Source of the DNA: Lytechinus pictus
Taxonomy: Eukaryota
Assembly (NCBI RefSeq): GCF_037042905.1
Contig: NC_087251.1
Span: 11,038,001 to 11,102,000 of the forward strand
Direction of reading: 5' to 3'
Length of the DNA: 64,000 nucleotides
The position numbers were made by a program, and so were the translations under genes. Each line of letters opens with the position of its first letter. Position 1 is the first letter of the stretch. Under the pieces are notes generated by a model, which had not been told where the DNA came from, ran no database searches, and saw only the letters and a list, made by a program, of their open reading frames with translations. Of this stretch, positions 24,671 to 37,978 are shown piece by piece.

Positions 24671-27600
24671 TACTGATTCTTTGTTAATTTCTTAATATTT
24701 GGGTTGAATGTAAAGATAGAACTATGAAGATTTATGAAAATACTGAACATAAAAACATAATGAGTAATTGTGATTAAAGAGTGAAGTAGATAAGCTATGT
24801 GTGTGTGTTGTTGAGTTGATTTTACGTGACTAAAATAATTCTCTCTGTGAAAAATGTATTTCATGAACCACTGACAGCACAACGACACAAAAGCGGGGAA
24901 TTTTACTCACTATTAATAGACAGAAAAGAGACAATTTCTCATTGATGAATCATGGAATCGTTGCGCATTTGCAGCCACAATGCAATTATTACGAATATCC
25001 AGCAAAATTAATCACTTTTTTCTGATTGATTCCTTCTTAGACTGCAGACACATTAAAATTTAGTGAGTATAAAGTGATACCATCATAACCAATACACCAT
25101 CATATCATTCACTGACTAAACAAAGGTACTGGTACACTTTTGCATCGATTAAAAGAGCTATAAATGTTTCCTATATGCCTATGCATGTTACATGTTTGAT
25201 TTACCTTCAGTTTTGTGTTGCAACTCGATGCAATCTAACAAGATATAGTGTTTAACAATTTTCAAGCATTTGGGAAGAAGATTTGGAATGTAATTATAAT
25301 GTTGTTTGCTCTTTTAAACATGTTCCTTGTCAATGATGACTGACTGAAAAATAATGAAATGATAGCAGTAACAGCATTGTATGAAAAAAATAAACACCGT
25401 ATTTTACTGTGACATTTTGTAAGCTGGTTTAATCAATGAGAGAAAATTCAAACAAGAACACACCGAAAATTACATCAAAATCCGATATGATCCTGGTAAG
25501 TTTTGAAAATTTAAGTTTCGCTTCACGACGAGGGAAAGAGAACCGAATATTCTTCACACTCACAAATTTTAAAATATATCTTAAAGTATAACATTTTTGT
25601 AGATTTGTTGGTAAAGGAGCGCATGATTGAATCATACCAAGTTACAATAATAGAAATTCCACATGTTAAAGGTGGAATCAAAATATACTTTCACTGTACA
25701 GAAGGGATAAAGATATATCTGAGGTCATCACTTGTGTATTATTGTTTTGTGAAAATAGGCGAAAATGATATAATTTTAATACTTACATCAAATTCTTATA
25801 ATATTTAGGGTTTTTGTGGAGTAGTTTTATGTGTTTGTTTAGAGACAGGTCAGAAGCTTATGATCATAGCCTTCATGTATTTTCGAGAAAAAAAATACAA
25901 TGACTGGCGTAGGAGCAGAAGGGCGTAACCCTGCCTTTTTGGCGCCCACTCCAATTCATGTTTAGTTTGTCACCTTACCGCTTTTTGTGTAAACTGTGTA
26001 TAATATGACTATCAATAGATGCAATGTTTATTCTGTTGAATATTGTTGTTTTATGAGTGATACATGAGGAGCCTTTCATCGGATGAATTGATTTTCACTG
26101 ATGATTTCCTCTCGACCAATCTACAGCAAAGAATTTTAGCAGCTTTTAACAGAAGTCAGAGGAAATATCTGAAAACTGACTTCTCCGCGAAAAGTTCCTC
26201 CTGGTCGTATATACATGTATAGATACATAAGCACTAGTTATCGTTCTATATCAATTGAGTACTTCAGAAGTGAGGAGACTCGTTACCAATTTTCCTTTTG
26301 CATGCTTTTAGATGAAACTTTAAAAAATAAAAATGATACAAAAGTACTCCGTTGTAATCGTGAGCATCCTTAATTTTCTTTTTTTTAAGCATTACAGTGG
26401 CCGGGAATCCTATCAGAAAATAATTTGGATTGAAATTTTATAATTTGTACTAGAATATGTTTGTACATGTGTGGTGATAGGATTTTTGGTCCATCTAAGG
26501 GGGAGGGATAAGACGATCCTCTCGCATATGCTGCTGAATAAAATTCGAGATTAATGGGGGAGCGCGCCCCCTCCACCGGATCGCCGTCAATGGCAGTGCA
26601 GTGGCCTACAATGGGGCGGGGGGGGCGATGTCCCCCCTCTAAATATTTTCACGACCAAGAAAAGAAAAGAGAGGAAAGGAAAGAGAGAGGGGGTGAATTT
26701 TCTGAGTATTGTGTCAAAATCTATTACAAAATTTGATTTTTTAAATAAAATTGTCGAAATTGTTGTTCGCTCGCTTCTTCTCTCGCGCGCAACTTGTTAT
26801 AAATTTTGCCTGATACGCAAACCTCGCCCTCTTACAATTTTTGGCTCATTACGCCACTGGCCAATGGGTTACATTGCATTACTATTATAGTTTACGTAGA
26901 CTTGCATTTCTCGAAACGATAAAATCCAATTTTATCATTTTCATGATTTATTTCAGTATCGATAACATTAACAACCCATTACTAGTATTTAGTTATGAAC
27001 TGCATGTTCCGGATCCGAAACACGTTTCCACTGATAGATAATCATAGTCTGATAGTTAAAAGTTGTAACCACGGTAACCTGACTATGACCCACCCAAACC
27101 TTGGAATTATTACGTCATATTTAAAATATTTTGCAAGAAAAAATAAATGTTGTATTTGGGTTGCCATGGTATAATCCTTAGTGTCAAAAGTCAAAGAGGA
27201 AGTTCAGGTAGAAAATTATGTCTGTTTGCCGTAGACTCCCATGAAACCACGCATATATATCAGGCCTAACAGGTCAATAGTCTGTGCTGTAATTCGATAA
27301 TGTTGTCATGGCATTGAATGGTTATTTCCCCACTTGGCAGTTTGCCAATGAAATATGTTTTGAATCGGTGAACGAAATTACTAGAAAGGCGGTACGTTGT
27401 GACGGTTCCACAAACCGTCCGTAAGATCACAATTCGTGGTTTGAGGGATCGTTTTTCACCATCCATTTGTCTCGTGAAACATGCAGGGACCGTCAGAATA
27501 ATCAATACTTTTCTTCTTTTTTAAGGATGCCAGGTGCATCGTTCTCAAATTTCTTGAACATCCGGGCTTGACACCGCAGCGCTTCCTATTACCTAGGACA

Positions 27601-30100
27601 TGTAGGATGAGAATATACAGTCTTAAAAAGGTTTACCCAAGGAGAGAACATGTTTGCAATACCAAAAAAACTTGTTAAATCTAGTTGATTCAATTTGTTG
27701 AAAAAACGGAGTCAAACATCAAGTACTCACATTTTAAAATTGATACACTCTCAATTTTTTTTTTACCCAATATTGGGTTAAGTGGGAACGTGATTGTTGG
27801 TTGGGTAGAAAGATACCAAATATTTTGTAAATTTTACGCAATGATGCGTTGAAATTTACCCTAAAATATGCATTTAGCCCAATATGGGGTAAAAAATATA
27901 TCCAGCAAACATGCATGTTCCCTTTCTATCCAATATTGGGTAAAATTTTACTAAGTGTTTTAAGAGTATATCAGTTGTAAGACAGGAAAAATACGACATT
28001 GAACAGTTTTATATAATCTAGTTATGTGCATAAGCTCTTTAACCATGGAGCTGCAAATTAAAGAGCGGGTGATGTCACAAACTTACCTCTCATTTATTTA
28101 TTCATTCAGGTTTTTAATTTTGTCATTACATTAACTGTACATTTGCCTTTTTAAAAATGAAAAAAAAAATTACCCAGGAAATACATTTAATTGATTGATT
28201 GGTTGGTTATTATTGATTGATTGATTGATTTGATTGATTGACTGAAATTATTCTTCTTCATTGATTTAGTTTATGTTAATGAACCTCCCCCCTCTTTTTC
28301 TGGCCCCAAAAAATGAAAGATAAAATAAAAGAAAGGGAAGTGGGTCTCTTCCACATAATGATTCATAACTTCACTGTGATTTCGGGTTTTATATTTCCTC
28401 ATGTTTTGCGTATTATGTTTACCTTTCATGTATACTTTGATATTGTTATCCTTTATCCTGTTATAAAATATTGAAATGCAATGTGATTGATAAACGAATA
28501 AATTAGTAGACTGATTAAAAAGCGAATGAAAACCAATCAATAAATCAACCTGTCTATCAATCAACAAATGGTCAAATGAATAAATCGATCGATAATCAAT
28601 CCAATCAATTAATCAATCAGTTCATCTGTCAGTTAATAACTATCATCATGATCACTGCGGAGTTGCTTATATAGGCAGGTTTGCTGCCGCTCCTGAAATA
28701 CAGGTCAACGCCCTTGGATCAAGACTGAATCAGTTGATAGTCTGCTCATTAACGCCCATATCATTGCATTAAACAGTTGAAGGGAATGATTACTTTGAGG
28801 GGGAATTACTCATGTTTTGAATTTCACGTTTGAGTTTATACATATAATTTTGCCATACAAAATGGTATTTCAAATCGTGTGATTGTTTAAGTCATGTAAA
28901 TTTAACAAAGATATATCTTATAAAGAAAAGACAAATGCAGCTTCGATATGGTTATAGAAAACGCTGTTTAACATTTTTATACAACGATGTTTACTATTTG
29001 AACCTTGCAAGTTACAGTTGTTGTTTGAACAGTTTAAACTGGTGTTTAGATTTTGTATATCTAATTCTTAAAATAGTAAGCATGTTTGTTTAAACTGTTA
29101 TACAACTACTGGCAGGTTCATACAGCATTTTATAAAATGTGAAACAGTGTTTTTACTGTGTAATGATGCATTTTGAGTCAATGAATCGCTTTTTCCATGA
29201 AGCAAATATTGGTCACTCCCGTTGTTACGCAATCATAGCCCTCGTATCTTCAGATGTAGTCCGAAATTCTTTGCGGGGGATCAATCCTTGTATTCAATTC
29301 AAGAGAATCAGTCAGACATGACAATTTATGGGTTGTATCTATTGAATTGCTAAAAGCCCCCTCAAAAGAGTGGGCAATTGAGCGAGTTTACGCCTGAGAA
29401 CCCCTTCCGCGCATCAGGCATTGCAACAACTACACCCTTCTCTTAACATTTGCGTTAAAATTGATTTAAAATTAAAATGAAGGAAGGAAAGGGTGTGGTA
29501 TCTGCGATGAATACATACAACTTAATCGCAGGATGGTCTGTTTTTGTTGTTGAAAGAATGATGTATCAATAACAAGCACTACTACCAAGAATTGGTTAAA
29601 ACAAAATTGCATGTCAACGAATGAATATTTTTCTTAACCAACCCGGTAGGTTGGCTAAAACATTTCTGAGAATGAACGTAAGATTAGTTGATTGATCAAA
29701 CTTCATTTTTTCTCATTTTTTGTTTTTACTTCTAACTCTCCAATATGTCATCTTGGCACCTACTCTTTTAATGATCTTCATATCATAATGTTATCATAGA
29801 TAAACTTCAAGGTTATCTAATATGGGTGATGTTAATATGTTTGATAATCACATTTTACATGACAGAGGCCTTTCCACTGAGATTTGTATTTTTATGTATT
29901 ATAAAACTTTTTTGTACAACATTGTATAATTCATTCGACGGTAGCCTTATGAATATTGATATATATTATTACCTATTTGTAATCATTATGCAAAGGAATG
30001 ATATGAGTATACTGCTTTACATCTAAATATTACAAGCCTTTAGAGTCACAATTTTCCGTTCTTATGTATCCCTGTATTGCGCAAGGAGAGTATCCCATAC

Positions 30101-30430
30101 ATAAGATAAGATAAGATAAGATATTTATTCGTCTTTCTTTCTGCACATCCATTTTATCTTACAAGTATGATTTCACATTCTACAAATGAAAAAAATCAAT
30201 TAACCATAAATCATTGTTACAGTAGAAAAAAAAAGAAACATAGCAAAATAACTAAACGTATTGAGAGAAAGACAAGGAGAACCCCTGAAAAAGCAAGGCT
30301 TGTAAGGCTAGGGTCTCCTTTGTTTCAAGTACATGACTGAATAGTATTCAGTGTTGACATGTAATATCTTTAAAATACAAAAGAAAAAAAAATGCAACAA
30401 TAAAACAAAAAAGACAAACTAAAACTAATC
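30101..30430 (-). mobile_element. 5'-truncated LINE 3' UTR remnant (L2/Crack-like)
   Basis: Minus strand shows a stem-loop with a TTACAAGC...GCTT core (30274-30320), AATAAA at 30124-30129 and a (TATCT)n tail. Layout matches the 3' end of the LINE at 7783. Confidence 0.65.
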
Positions 30431-31998
30431 AACAGTTTCAATTGTTTGCATGTGACGGTTCGTTGAAAACGAAGTTGATACTCCATCTGTCAATATCCTT
30501 GTGCTTTTCAAGGAAAATATACTCTTGAAAGAATGTTTCATGAACAAAGATCAATCAACTGACAATGATGGAAATGATAACTCAATTCTGACTGTTCATA
30601 AGAGAAGTGACTTTCTTTTCTATCTTCTGATTGTCAATACCATGATCTCGCTGAAGAGTTTGTTGGTAGTGAAACGTATTTTAACAGGGAAGGGGAAAAG
30701 GGAGAGGGCTATATTCTTTTGGGGGAGTGTATGTTAATTGTATTCGTTTGTTTGTTTGTTTGTTTGCTTGTTTGATTTAGAGCGATATTATTGAGGGGGG
30801 TTTTCGTATTAATTCTAGCAAACACTACCACCAGTCTAAATGATAATCATTTCAATTTCACTATGACATGGCTAAAAATATTTACTTTGATATCGTCAGT
30901 TGCTTTTTATTACTTATTTTTCTTTATTATTGAAGTCCTTGGAACTTTTTTCTGAATGTTAAACAAATTTTCTTTTTTTAGATATAATTATATAAATATT
31001 TCATCTACTAGTGAGTACGTCATTTGTAAAAGTATATCAAGTACTGCATTAAAATGCACCTGGTTGGTAACTGTGATGGTATATTATTCGGATGATACTT
31101 TATTTTATTTCATCTGCTCATCATCCTAAAGCCCGTTTATAAATCGTATTCAAGTCAAACGATAACACCTGATAAAATAATATAGGCTGATATCATAAAT
31201 TATTATCATACTAAAAGTACTCATGTCGGGGCTTAACAAGGAATCATTTTACTTTTGAAGTACAAGTCCGTAAAACAAAGACTTGTTATATATTTATTCA
31301 TTAAAAAAAAACATAACAAAAAAATCAGTATTCATGTGCGCTAAAGAAAATCCTGACATCGGGACCCTTAATGAACAATATCCTAATTGTGTTATGAAGT
31401 TATCGGTACTCATGCTGATTGGTGAAAAAAAGCAAAACTTCAAACGTCATAGAACTAGTCTTTAATCACTCCTTTCGATTTCACTCAGTGATCCATTTTC
31501 ACAGAAATTGACAATAAAAACTTGATAATCCAATTAAGATTGATCTTGAAAGTACATTGGACTCTCTCATATCGGAGGCAATGGTCACACCGACGAAACC
31601 TCTACAGATCGATCACAACAATTACATTAGGTTTAATATTATGTATTTGAAGGTAGTGTGATATGGATTTTCAATGTGACATTCAATGATTTGATATAAG
31701 CTGTGTTCATATATAGCCTACATACATGCTTTTTTCTCAAAAACTAAGTTTAAGGAGAAAAAAAAATTGATATAAATATGTTAGTGCTTCTAAAAGGAAA
31801 GAACAGAAAATGTATAAAGTTAAGTTCATGAGTTGTCAATGTATCTATTAATTAAAAAGATGATATTCATGCGCTATATGTATTTCTTTTGTATTTGTTA
31901 AGAATTCAAGTTATTATCTAATAAAAACCTCTTTAAACAAAAAACCTAATTTTTCATGACCTGGAATCGGTCGATTTGGAATCCGTTTTTTTTTTTTT

Positions 31999-32046
31999 TG
32001 TGTGTGAGGGTGTGTGTGAGGGTGTGTGTGTGTGTGTGTGTGTGTG
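31999..32046. repeat. (TG)n microsatellite
   Basis: Interrupted TG run. Confidence 0.9.
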
Positions 32047-34599
32047 ACTGTGATATAAACTTGACCGACATTGGAATCATTCTGATTACTCTAGGCCGAC
32101 AAACCTTGTTGATACTGGCTGTAATTAAAGCGGTATATAGCATCCTGAATTTTCGGTTGAGATTTTTCCAAAAGCCATTACTTTCGGCATTTGTTTGTTG
32201 TTTGTTTTAGGGCGATCTACCTGCCGCCTGTACTTTCGTTGAGGTTGACCATTGGGTATATACTAGAAGTTCATTGGTGATTTAGAATAATAATGAAATA
32301 TAAGTAGCATTGTTGTATGATAAATTAACGTTAAAACGTTCAGATAGGGCGGGGTCTGTCAGAAAAAAAGCAAAAAAGGGTAGATATTTTTGTGAAATAA
32401 CATGGAGAGAGAAAATGGAGAACAAAGCAACTGGCATCTTTATTTTTTCATCTGATTCACCCGTATAGCTCTGTCACATTGATCAATACCCTTTCCAAAA
32501 GGAATCAAAATCAAAATAATATTTGAGAAGGAAATCAAGGAAGTAATATTTTTTGCGTCAAAAAAATTATTTGTTTCGTATCCAACGTAGGGAGTAGGTT
32601 CCCACACGTCTTTGCTAGCCTCCACTGGTTTCCGTACATGAAGTACATCGGTCGTGCGGTTAGGAAATACATACCCAAATCATTCTGGACAATTCTGGCA
32701 TACAAAAGAATGAAATGAATATAAACACGTAATGTATTTCTGTAACTGTCCGTTGACATACAACCACCAGCATATGGTTGTCGCGTTCGTTTATTTCACC
32801 AAACAACATACTTTCATTCGGTCTGAGTAGAAAGATCGGAGATAGGTTGGGCAAGGTCAGAACGTCTACGTGCTTAAGATCAGCGAGGCCAGCTTATTGA
32901 CTATCTGCTCGAAATTTCGACACTGTTCTCAATCATTGATGACGTCATTATATGACCTTGCCCCTGTAGTCTCGGTCCGTGACTCAAATCGTTCTCTCAT
33001 AAACGAGATATTCGGGATAATTTTTTTTGGGTCATCAAACAGGTATTGGATGATTTCAAATTGACTCCCATGGTAACTGCATAACTGCATGAAGTCTGGA
33101 AGTGCTATTAAATGTAAAATTAAGTCATTAGGGGGAAGGTTTATAATCAGATAATGGTGAACTATATAGTAGGAGTAAAAAAATATTGCTTAATTTCTTT
33201 GGAGCTTTTTGTTAGACAATACATGGTTCATCATTATATTTGCAGTTTGTATTATATACAATGAAATTAACGTAACTACGAGTGTATATTTCATAAGAGA
33301 GAGTGATATAAGACTGATTTTATTTGTAAAAAAAAAATCCCTTTTCACAAATAGACTCGTTTAGATTAATTTCTTATGAGACCAATTACGTCAAAAGATG
33401 TTATATTCTTATTGAATTCCCAAATCTGAAAATGAAAGAAGGAAAACATGTATAGGAATAGTATTATACTATTCTGTAGTGAAAAGGAGGGTAAAACCCT
33501 TTTACCCGAGTGCACTTACTAGTGCCCCAATTATCCGACCTTTCAATAGGACACCGCTGATGCAAAAACTATGTAAATATGAACAGCGACAATACTCTGT
33601 TGGTGCATTTTATTCAGTTTCCATGGTGAAAATGATAATAAAAAAAAAAACCTGCTACGAGTTCTTATCCGGGTATCATGGTTTTGATTTTGAACTGAAA
33701 GTAATCGGTACTTGGTTGGCATGAAGATTTGGGTGATCCCTGGACAACATTGTTATGATTACTATACAAAACAATAATAAAAAGCAAAACAAAATAATGA
33801 ATTAAAAGACGATCTCTATGATTCCTCAAGAAAATTTTGAAGTTGAGTCCAAAAAGGTGTGTTCGGATTTACGTCATTATTTTATCAAGGTTGCAATAAG
33901 GAAGATGTTTTTAAACTCTTTTGCGATTACGTTTGATAGAATCATAATTTATTTTAGTGGATAACTAAGGAGAGTATAATGAGGGCGAATTACAGCATTC
34001 CATTTATACAAACTTAAAAAAAAGACAGTATCTAGAGTGAATGAATATATAGGAGGCTAATAACAATAACATCTATATCAATAATGATACTAATGATGTT
34101 CACGACGACTATGATGTTAATGATAATTCTTATAATAAATATAAAAGAAAATGTGAGGGGTGGTGGCAGTAGTGGGCTTATTTTAATGTGATGATTATAA
34201 TAACAATATCAGGCCTCTAATGATTTTTTTTACATGTATCTATATCATATCCTGTAAAATCCTATAATCATAGAGGCTTACTTCCCTAAATATTTTCATG
34301 ACCAATCTGTGATCTTTTCATCGAAATAATTGTACTTATTCTTGATGGTGTAATTCTCATTACACAACAAGTGCACAAATGAATCAAGTCTGTGCATGTA
34401 TTTATTGTGTGTTTTTTGTCGGACATGTAATAACGGTTATGAGATGTAAAAGATGCATACTAATCAATTCGTTGATCTTTTCTTATTGGAATTAGCGAGT
34501 CATTGGTTATAAAATATTATACAATGGCTTATATACGCAACAAATAACAGGTATGTTGAAATATATTGGCAGATGAAAGTCATAATGATTATTCATATT

Positions 34600-34860
34600 C
34601 TCTCTGGCATGAAAACAACGTGATGTCATAATGAGTCGAACTCATTTCGTAAAGCTAATGCATATTCATGCACCGTGAGTATTTGTCAACATATGAATAA
34701 TGAATGCACACCCGAGTTCGCCTGTTTACCCCATTATCTCTTGTTTACACGCCCATGCGCAGTCCGTCTGGGCGAAAAGGTTATCGCACACAGAGCGGTC
34801 CCAAAATAGCATCCAAGCGGGTTACGTCATTTTAGTTCAGCGAATGAGAATTCGTTCTGA
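34600..34860 (+). promoter_or_regulatory. Candidate DUSP10 proximal promoter
   Basis: CpG-richer patch upstream of the ATG with two TGTTTAC (forkhead-type) sites at 34723 and 34742 and TTACGTCA (ATF/CRE variant) at 34822. Confidence 0.4.
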
Positions 34861-35216
34861 GGATATATTCTCCTTCTGCTGGGCAGCGTCTATTTTCTCA
34901 CTCGTTCCCTGTCCTCCCCACGTAGCGTACGTTTCTCCTGTATTGTGTATATATTCTTCGCTATTATATTTTGGGGATTCACTATTTTGCTGTACATATA
35001 ACGTCTGAAATAGCCGGGGAATATCTATATTTTTTATACATTGAAACAGAGGAACGAGTTCTGTCATCGTTGATCGATAAATTTGTATTATCGAACGTCA
35101 TTTTGTGGATATATTGTCACCTTGTCCTGGATATATTTCAAAAGGATTGGTATTAGTTTGTTCTACCACCGTATTGGAATATCTTGTTTTGTGTTTATTA
35201 CTGGAGTATTCTGTCC

Positions 35217-36084
35217 ATGTCTCCAGACGCAACGCCAACTTCAGCAGCTAGTATCAAGAAATGCCCATTTTCTTTCCCTGCAACCAACAGTGAGGAGAAC
35301 ACCAGTTTACCCGATTGTAGTGACTCCAATTCGGAACTGTCTACATCACTAAACCCTTACTGGCAGTGCCACACACACAACGTAAAATCGGATCAGTGCA
35401 ATATGGCGGCCTCCCCATTCACATTCGCGCTCTCAGGCAAATCATCACTCTGCACCAGTGCACTCAAATCAACGTCGAGCAGCGGGAGTCGGACTCCGGA
35501 GCTGAATTCAAACATTAGAGTGGCCAACCGATGTTTGCTGAACCGTGCTTGCGAGCAGTTGCAGCAGTGCTCACCGAGACTTCTGCGAAAGTTTGGAAAA
35601 TCAGATTGTCCTCAGAACCAGAACAGCCAAGATGTCACCCCAATGAACTGTTCTCATTCTCCTCCCTCTAGCACTACCTCACCCATCGTGCTCCCACAAG
35701 AACTCAGTCAGCGCCTGGATAACCATTTATTGCTGTCAAAATGCAGCCAATCCCGTATTTGCCGTCCTCGATCTAGCTCTGTCATCCTTGTAGACCTTCG
35801 GCCATTTCTAGCATTTAGCAGGAGGCACATCTCAGGGGCTCTCAACGTCAACTGTACCACTCGATTCTCATGTAGAAGACTTCGTGAAGGCAAGGTAGCG
35901 CTTGCGGACCTGGTCACCTCGGAGGAAGGCAAGAAGGAATTTCAGAGGAGATTGGACCAAGATAAAGAGGTTGTGGTCTACGATGAGGAGTCCCAAGGAA
36001 TTGATAACCTACCAGTCAACCATCCAACTTCCCTTGTCGTTAGTGCTCTGAAAAAGGAAGGCGTTAAAGTCAGACTTCTAAAAG
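35217..36084 (+). CDS. DUSP10: Dual-specificity MAPK phosphatase (DUSP10/MKP5-like), coding exon 1: Ser-rich N-terminus plus rhodanese/MAPK-binding domain
   Basis: ATG at 35217 (MSPDATPT...). Rhodanese motifs VDLRPF..F...HISGALNVNC, RRLREGKV, VVYDE and LKG. Donor AAAG|GTAAGA at 36084/36085, phase 1. Confidence 0.9.
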
Positions 36085-36845
36085 GTAAGATGGTCACATT
36101 TATTTTTTTGTTCAATTGTTATTGAGATCTGGTTAAAAAAAATCAAACTCTTAGTAAAAAATACTTAAAAGCCAATTAAACCAAAGGATGGTTAAGAGAT
36201 AAAAGTCGAATGGAATGAATTCGAATTCAGAAAAAGGGAACGATGCCATTTTCTTGGAACGATTGCGAAATACTTAATTGCATGACTGGGAGCGTGGGAG
36301 TCGAGTCGACCACAATACCTGATATTGTGGCGAGTTACAATGGCGGGTCATTACACTATGTTGCAATGCTCTTTGCAGATGACTGGGTTTACCGCAAGTC
36401 ATCGCCATCTCGCGACTCGTCATCCTCATCATCCACCTCCTCAGCTCTGGACACGCTTGGCTGACCAATGCTGCCCGAATGTCAGAGATCCATCTTTGGG
36501 CCTCCCGATTCTTGCAAGTATGCAGGCTGGGCCAATGGGTCTCCTTTTCGGCAGTGGTGAGCCAAAACGTCTATACCGTTAGCCGGTCGACTTTGATGAT
36601 GACCAGAATCTGGTACTGTTCCAACACTGTCCCATTATCGAGGAGGGTCACCGTTAAAAATGAAAATGAATGATAATTTTTTTATTGAAGGGATGCAATC
36701 AGGACAGCAATATACTGATCTTTCTGTTCCAATCTTGATTACCAACATATTATACATGTAAATCATTTTTTAGTATGACATTTTCTTTATATTGCGATTG
36801 TTTTCATTTGTATCTGACCAAATTATTTTACTTTCTTCTGTTCAG

Positions 36846-37256
36846 GTGGGATTAAAGAATTTGCGAACCACGGCGGGGACCTCTTTGTCAGCGAACTTTC
36901 GAACACCTCATCATCGTCATCCTCATCTACCTCATCGACTGTGATCCATGATGGCGAAGACCCTCCCAGCCCAACTACCGATAGCGAGCACATCCTCCGC
37001 GGCGGCTCCGGCATCTGCCCCTCCGAAGGCATCCCCATGACCCAGATTTTGCCTCATCTCTACGTCGGCAACGAAGTTGACGCTGCGAACCTCGACTTGC
37101 TTCGGCTGCACGGCATCAGCCACGTTCTCAATGTCACCAACTCAGTGCCTTGTTTCCACGAAGGCGAGAGCGCCATGCGATACATGAGGATACCAGTACG
37201 CGACAACGGACTTATCAACCTCCGCGTCCACTTTCAAGCCGCTTTGGAATTTATCG
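36846..37256 (+). CDS. DUSP10: DUSP10-like coding exon 2: end of rhodanese domain (GGIKEF) and first half of the DSP catalytic domain
   Basis: Acceptor TTCTGTTCAG at 36845 joins in phase to give LKGGIKEF. Encodes TQILPHLYVGNEVDAANL...VLNVT...RIPVRD...NLRVHFQAALEFI. Donor G|GTGAG at 37256. Confidence 0.93.
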
Positions 37257-37643
37257 GTGAGTTGGCAAAAAGTATACATTATCATCATGATGTTATTTCA
37301 AGTAAGATGCAACACTCGGAAATGAATTATATTAGACAAAAATAGGAAAACATCTGTACCGATCCTACACTATAAAAGGCAGTTGCCATTCCTTTAGCAG
37401 TTAATTGCATGTACACCAAGTGTCATCCCCGTGCCAACCCAATTAGAGCGGGAATTAGAGAAGCAGAAATTGTGGTAGCTGTCTACTGATAACCGAAACC
37501 CCATGATTTCTATGATTTCTAGGTTTATTATTATCTCAATACTATATCTACATTTTGTCACTTTTGTTATTATGGTCAGTCATAATGCATATACCTTGAA
37601 TTAAAATTGACGAGTTATTCATACCACATTGTTCTCCAAACAG

Positions 37644-37978
37644 AAGAGGCTCGACGTCGCAACGCCCGTGTTCTCGTTCACTGCCACGCTGGAATCTCCC
37701 GGTCTTCCACCGTGGTCATCGCTTACGTAATGAAACACATGAACCAGCCAATGACCCAAGCTTATCAATTCGTCAAGAGCAAGCGACCTATCATCGCTCC
37801 CAATCTTGGATTCGTCGGTCAGCTTATGGAATTTGAACAGTTCTTGAGCAAGGTGAACACTCCGCGTTCAGCCGGTTGCCGGCTCACCGACTCGCCTGTG
37901 ACTTGCGCCAAGCAATTACACCACAGCAGACCGAGTACTCCTAGTATGGACTTAGATACAGCCGTTATGGAGGCATAG
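37644..37978 (+). CDS. DUSP10: DUSP10-like coding exon 3 with the catalytic HCxxGxxR motif and stop
   Basis: Acceptor CAG at 37643 gives FI-EEA. Contains VHCHAGISRSSTVVIAYVMKH and KRPIIAPNLGFVGQL, then TAG at 37976-37978. Spliced CDS is 868+411+335 = 1614 nt. Confidence 0.93.

Noticed and set aside
24416..24695. Phe/Leu/Ser-rich membrane-like ORFs (also 40785-41109)
   Set aside because: Pyrimidine-tract microsatellite translations.
27266..27505. 79-aa minus-strand ORF and similar short ORFs (16227, 20258, 32440-32854)
   Set aside because: No recognisable domain or consistent splice chain; lengths are compatible with chance.
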